From Candidatus Eiseniibacteriota bacterium (GTDB lineage: Bacteria > Eisenbacteria > RBG-16-71-46), in NCBI GenBank assembly GCA_963776245.1, contig CAVZLN010000003.1, positions 32,001 through 96,000 on the forward strand: DNA of 64,000 bases, given 5' to 3'. Under the pieces are notes generated by a model, which saw only the letters and a program-made list of their open reading frames with translations, searched no databases and was not told the origin of the DNA. The stretch's first letter is position 1, and every line of letters begins with the position of its first letter. Made by a program: the position numbers and the translations under genes. This document shows, piece by piece, positions 60,765 through 64,000 of the stretch.

Positions 60765-63700
60765 ATGTCGTGCCCGCACTCGCACGCGCCCCTCATCCTG
60801 CTGCTGACCACCCTGTCCGTGGTGCTCGCGACCTCCGCGCCGCTGGCCGGTCCCTCTCTGCCCGGCGGAGCCGTGCCGCTGGTCGCCACCCCGGACGGCG
60901 CCGGAGGCATGTTCAGCGTCGCCTCCATCGGGCACGACCAGTACGCGGATCTCTACATCCAGTACGTGAGCGCCGCCGGGACCGCGCACACCACACCCGC
61001 CGGGTGGGGGTTCACGACCACCGCCGACCTCTCCCAGCCACCGCTGATCGTGGCGGACGGCACCGGCGGGGTGATCGTCGCGTGGAAGGACCGGGGCAGT
61101 GCTCCGGGGCTGTACGCGCAGCGCTACGTCGCCGGGGGCGGGAGGAGGTGGGCTCAGGGCGGGATCGCGATCTCGACCTCGCTGGTCGGCGGATCGGGCG
61201 CCACGCCCTGCTTGATGGCCGACGGCGCCGGCGGCGCGATCGTGGCCTGGCTCGACACGCGCTCGGACGCGAGCGGCGACGTGTACGCCCAGCGCCTCGA
61301 CAGCAGCGGGGTGGCGCAGTGGGGGCCGACCGGTCTGCTGGTGTGCGGGGCGAGCGGCAGCCAGCTCGCGCCGGCGGTGGTGAGTGACGCCGCCGGCGGC
61401 GTGTTCATCGCGTGGACCGACTATCGGAACGGGAACGACGACATCTTCGCGCAGCGCGTCAACGGGACTGGCTTCTTCCTCTGGACCACGAACGGCGTGG
61501 CGGTGTGCACCGCGAGCGGCGGACAGTCGGGCGTGGGGATGGTGGCCGACGGCGCCAGCGGGGCGATCCTCGCGTGGCACGATCAGCGCAATGGCGGGAC
61601 CGGCTACGACATCTACGCCCAGCGGCTGCACTCCTCCGGGCTCACGCTGTGGTCCTCGAACGGCGTCGCGGTGTGCACGGCAACCGGCGACCAGGAGTTC
61701 CCGGCGATCGTCGGGGACGGCGGGACCGGCGCCATCCTGGCGTGGAAGGACCGGCGCAACGGGACCGACCGCGATCTGTACGCCCAGCGGCTGAACGCCA
61801 GCGGCGTCACGCAGTGGACGACCAACGGTCTCGCGGTGTGCACCGCCGCCGGGGACCAGACCAGCCTCGCCCTGAGTGCGGACGGGGCGGGCGGCGCGCT
61901 GCTGGCGTGGGTGGACGCCCGGACCGGACCGCCGCGCCTGTACGCGCAACGCCTGCACGGCGCCGGCGCTTGCCTGTGGGCCGCGGATGGCGTCGCGGTG
62001 AGCCCGGCCGCGGTGTTCATGCAGGCGAGCGAGCCGACCATCCTCCCGTACGGCAGCGGCGGCGCGCTGCTGACGTGGTACGACACGCCCGCGCTGGACC
62101 GCGAGATGTTCACGCAGGCGCTCGACGCCACGGGGGGCCTGGTGTGGCCCGAGGCGGTCGGGCTGTTCCTCGATCCCGGCGTGCAGCGCAACGCCGCTCA
62201 GATCAGCGACGGCGCCGGCGGCGCCATCGTGACGTGGGCCGAGAAGCGTGGTCACCAGTACGACATCTGCGCCCGTCGCTACGACGGGGCCGGCGCGCCG
62301 CTGTGGCCCCGTGTGGTGCTGGCCACCACGGGCGGCTTGCAGCCCATGATCACCGCCGATCTGGCCGGCGGGACCATCGTGAGCTGGTTCGACGAGCGCA
62401 ATGGTGTCGACACCGACGTGTACGCGCAGCGTCTCGACGGCTCGGGCAACACCCTGTGGACCGCGGGTGGCGCGCCGGTGTGTACCGCCGCCAGCTACCA
62501 GATGTTCGGGGGGATGGTCGCCGACAGCGCCGGCGGCGCCGTGGTCGCCTGGACCGACTGGCGCAACGGGGCGGCCGACATCTACGCCCAGCGCATCAAC
62601 TCCTCCGGAGCCCCGGTGTGGGCCGCGAACGGCGTGCCGGTGTGCACCGCCACCGGCCAGCAACGCTTCGACCGGAACTTCCTCGACAGCCCCGTGGTCA
62701 TCGGCCCGGGAGGCGGGGCGTTCGTCGCGTGGAAGGACAGCCGCGGCGGCGCCGGGACCGATCTCTACGCCCAGCGACTCGACGGAAGCGGCGCCCCGCA
62801 GTGGACTGTGAACGGCATCCCGGTGTGCACGGCAGCCGGCGAGCAGGGCAACTTCCGCGTCTTCGGCGGTCGAACGCTGGGCCTGCTGCTGGTGTGGGAG
62901 GACACCCGCGCCGGGCGCACCGACATCTACGCCCAGCGGGTCACGGATGCGGGCGTGCCCCAATGGACGGCCGATGGCGTGCTGGTGGAGACGTCCACCA
63001 GCGACGCGTCCCGGCCCGACATCTTCGCGCTGAGCGGGAACATCACCCTGGCGTGGGTCGAATCCCGCCCTCCGTACTACGACGGGGACATCGTCATGCA
63101 GCGCCTCGCCGGAGCGAGCGGCGCGCCGCTGTGGGGGCCGGACGGCGTCACCGTGTGCGCCGCTTCAGGCCTCCAGTGGGATCCGCGCATCGCGCGCGGA
63201 GGCTCCCTCGGCGCCTTCGTGGTGTGGGAGGACCACCGTGCCGGCCCGGGCAGCGAGCGCGTGGACATCTACGCTCAGCGCCTGGATTCCAGCGGCGTGG
63301 TGTCGTGGACCAGTGACGGCGTCGCGCTGTGCCTGGCCAGCGGATCGCAGCTGAACCCGGGGATCGTGTACGACGGCGTGGGCGGCGCGATCGTGAGCTG
63401 GGAAGACCGCCGCGACGGAGCGAACGACTTCCTCTTCTTCCAGCGCGTCGACGGCACCGGCGCGGCGCTCTGGGCCCCGAACGGCACCACCCACGTCCCC
63501 ACGGTCAGATCCGATGGCAGCGGCTTGAGCCTGTCGGCGCCGTGGCCCAATCCCGCGCCCGGCCGGTGGTCATTTTCCCTCATCCTGCCGACCGCCGAGC
63601 CTGCCACGCTCGAGGTGTTCGATCTGGCCGGGCGCCGCGAGTGGGCGCGGGACCTCGCGCCGGGACCGCCGGGCGCGCGGGTGGTGCGCGTGGGGGACGG

Positions 63701-63785
63701 CGTGCGCTTCGCGCCCGGGGTGCACCTGGTGCGCGTGCGCCAGGGGGAGCGCTGGGCGAGCGCGCGCGTGGTGGCGCTGCGCTAG
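60765..63785 (+). CDS. Large secreted beta-repeat protein with FlgD-Ig/T9SS-like CTD
   Basis: About 15-16 repeats of roughly 60 aa (DGAGGAIVAW.D.R...DIYAQRL...G...W..NG..VC); CTD PWPNP..FDLAGRR..PGVHLVR. Confidence 0.88.
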   Translation: MSCPHSHAPLILLLTTLSVVLATSAPLAGPSLPGGAVPLVATPDGAGGMFSVASIGHDQYADLYIQYVSAAGTAHTTPAGWGFTTTADLSQPPLIVADGTGGVIVAWKDRGSAPGLYAQRYVAGGGRRWAQGGIAISTSLVGGSGATPCLMADGAGGAIVAWLDTRSDASGDVYAQRLDSSGVAQWGPTGLLVCGASGSQLAPAVVSDAAGGVFIAWTDYRNGNDDIFAQRVNGTGFFLWTTNGVAVCTASGGQSGVGMVADGASGAILAWHDQRNGGTGYDIYAQRLHSSGLTLWSSNGVAVCTATGDQEFPAIVGDGGTGAILAWKDRRNGTDRDLYAQRLNASGVTQWTTNGLAVCTAAGDQTSLALSADGAGGALLAWVDARTGPPRLYAQRLHGAGACLWAADGVAVSPAAVFMQASEPTILPYGSGGALLTWYDTPALDREMFTQALDATGGLVWPEAVGLFLDPGVQRNAAQISDGAGGAIVTWAEKRGHQYDICARRYDGAGAPLWPRVVLATTGGLQPMITADLAGGTIVSWFDERNGVDTDVYAQRLDGSGNTLWTAGGAPVCTAASYQMFGGMVADSAGGAVVAWTDWRNGAADIYAQRINSSGAPVWAANGVPVCTATGQQRFDRNFLDSPVVIGPGGGAFVAWKDSRGGAGTDLYAQRLDGSGAPQWTVNGIPVCTAAGEQGNFRVFGGRTLGLLLVWEDTRAGRTDIYAQRVTDAGVPQWTADGVLVETSTSDASRPDIFALSGNITLAWVESRPPYYDGDIVMQRLAGASGAPLWGPDGVTVCAASGLQWDPRIARGGSLGAFVVWEDHRAGPGSERVDIYAQRLDSSGVVSWTSDGVALCLASGSQLNPGIVYDGVGGAIVSWEDRRDGANDFLFFQRVDGTGAALWAPNGTTHVPTVRSDGSGLSLSAPWPNPAPGRWSFSLILPTAEPATLEVFDLAGRREWARDLAPGPPGARVVRVGDGVRFAPGVHLVRVRQGERWASARVVALR

Positions 63786-63808
63786 ACTCCTTGCCGTCCG
63801 AGCACGCC

Positions 63809-63838
63809 GAAGGCCCCGGTCACCCGACCGGGGCCTTC
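63809..63838. terminator. Terminator hairpin between convergent genes
   Basis: Perfect 13-bp stem GAAGGCCCCGGTC/GACCGGGGCCTTC followed by a pyrimidine run. Confidence 0.75.
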
Positions 63839-63859
63839 TCCGCATGCGGCGCCCGCGCG

Positions 63860-64000
63860 TCAGGCGCTGTGCGACTCGGCGGGCACGCGCCGCGCCAGGG
63901 GACGCGGATGCGCCGGCTTGCGCGGCGCCTGGAGCTGATGCCACGCGCGCAGCGTCTCCGCCACCGACCACGCCTGCGCGAAGCATCCTCTCGGCGGATG
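63860..64000 (-). CDS. C-terminus of amylo-alpha-1,6-glucosidase (glycogen debranching enzyme family), partial
   Basis: Manual translation HPPRGCFAQAWSVAETLRAW...*; PRGC.AQAWSVAE is the family's terminal motif. Confidence 0.85.
   Translation of the reverse strand, partial: HPPRGCFAQAWSVAETLRAWHQLQAPRKPAHPRPLARRVPAESHSA

Noticed and set aside
61200..63480. DNA-level repeats as a CRISPR array or diversity-generating retroelement
   Set aside because: They are degenerate in-frame protein repeats with synonymous variation; there is no reverse transcriptase and no adenine-specific template/variable pair.

Overview
Very GC-rich bacterial chromosomal segment. Many secreted proteins end in FlgD-Ig/T9SS-like C-terminal domains, there is a PorV/PorQ-like barrel, and one protein ends in a 'STWGGVKGLYR' tail. 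This suggests an FCB-related candidate lineage such as Eisenbacteria/Latescibacterota (inference). Housekeeping genes: hisS, tRNA-Lys(CTT), clpB, aceE, metH, a lipoate/Fe-S operon (E2-lipB-iscA-DUF2203-nadA-lipA), add, rpiB, udk, and several peptidases (S9, M16 x3, S8). No CRISPR, phage, transposase or rRNA was seen. Best candidates for an undescribed system: (1) A ~13 kb minus-strand outer-membrane locus with a TonB-dependent receptor, a PorV/PorQ-like barrel, two paralogous CTD-bearing proteins, two lipoproteins and a nuclease-less OB-fold surface protein. It is directly coupled to adenosine deaminase and to an RpiB carrying an encapsulation-peptide-like helix, suggesting extracellular nucleic-acid capture and salvage. 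(2) Two copies of an unknown intergenic hairpin element with a conserved core and fully covarying outer stems. (3) A degenerate three-gene NuoN/NuoL/HyfE-like membrane module lacking the canonical lysines and any soluble partner. Two genes carry +1 frameshifts (pseudogenes or read errors). Product calls come from motif recognition by eye; no searches were run.
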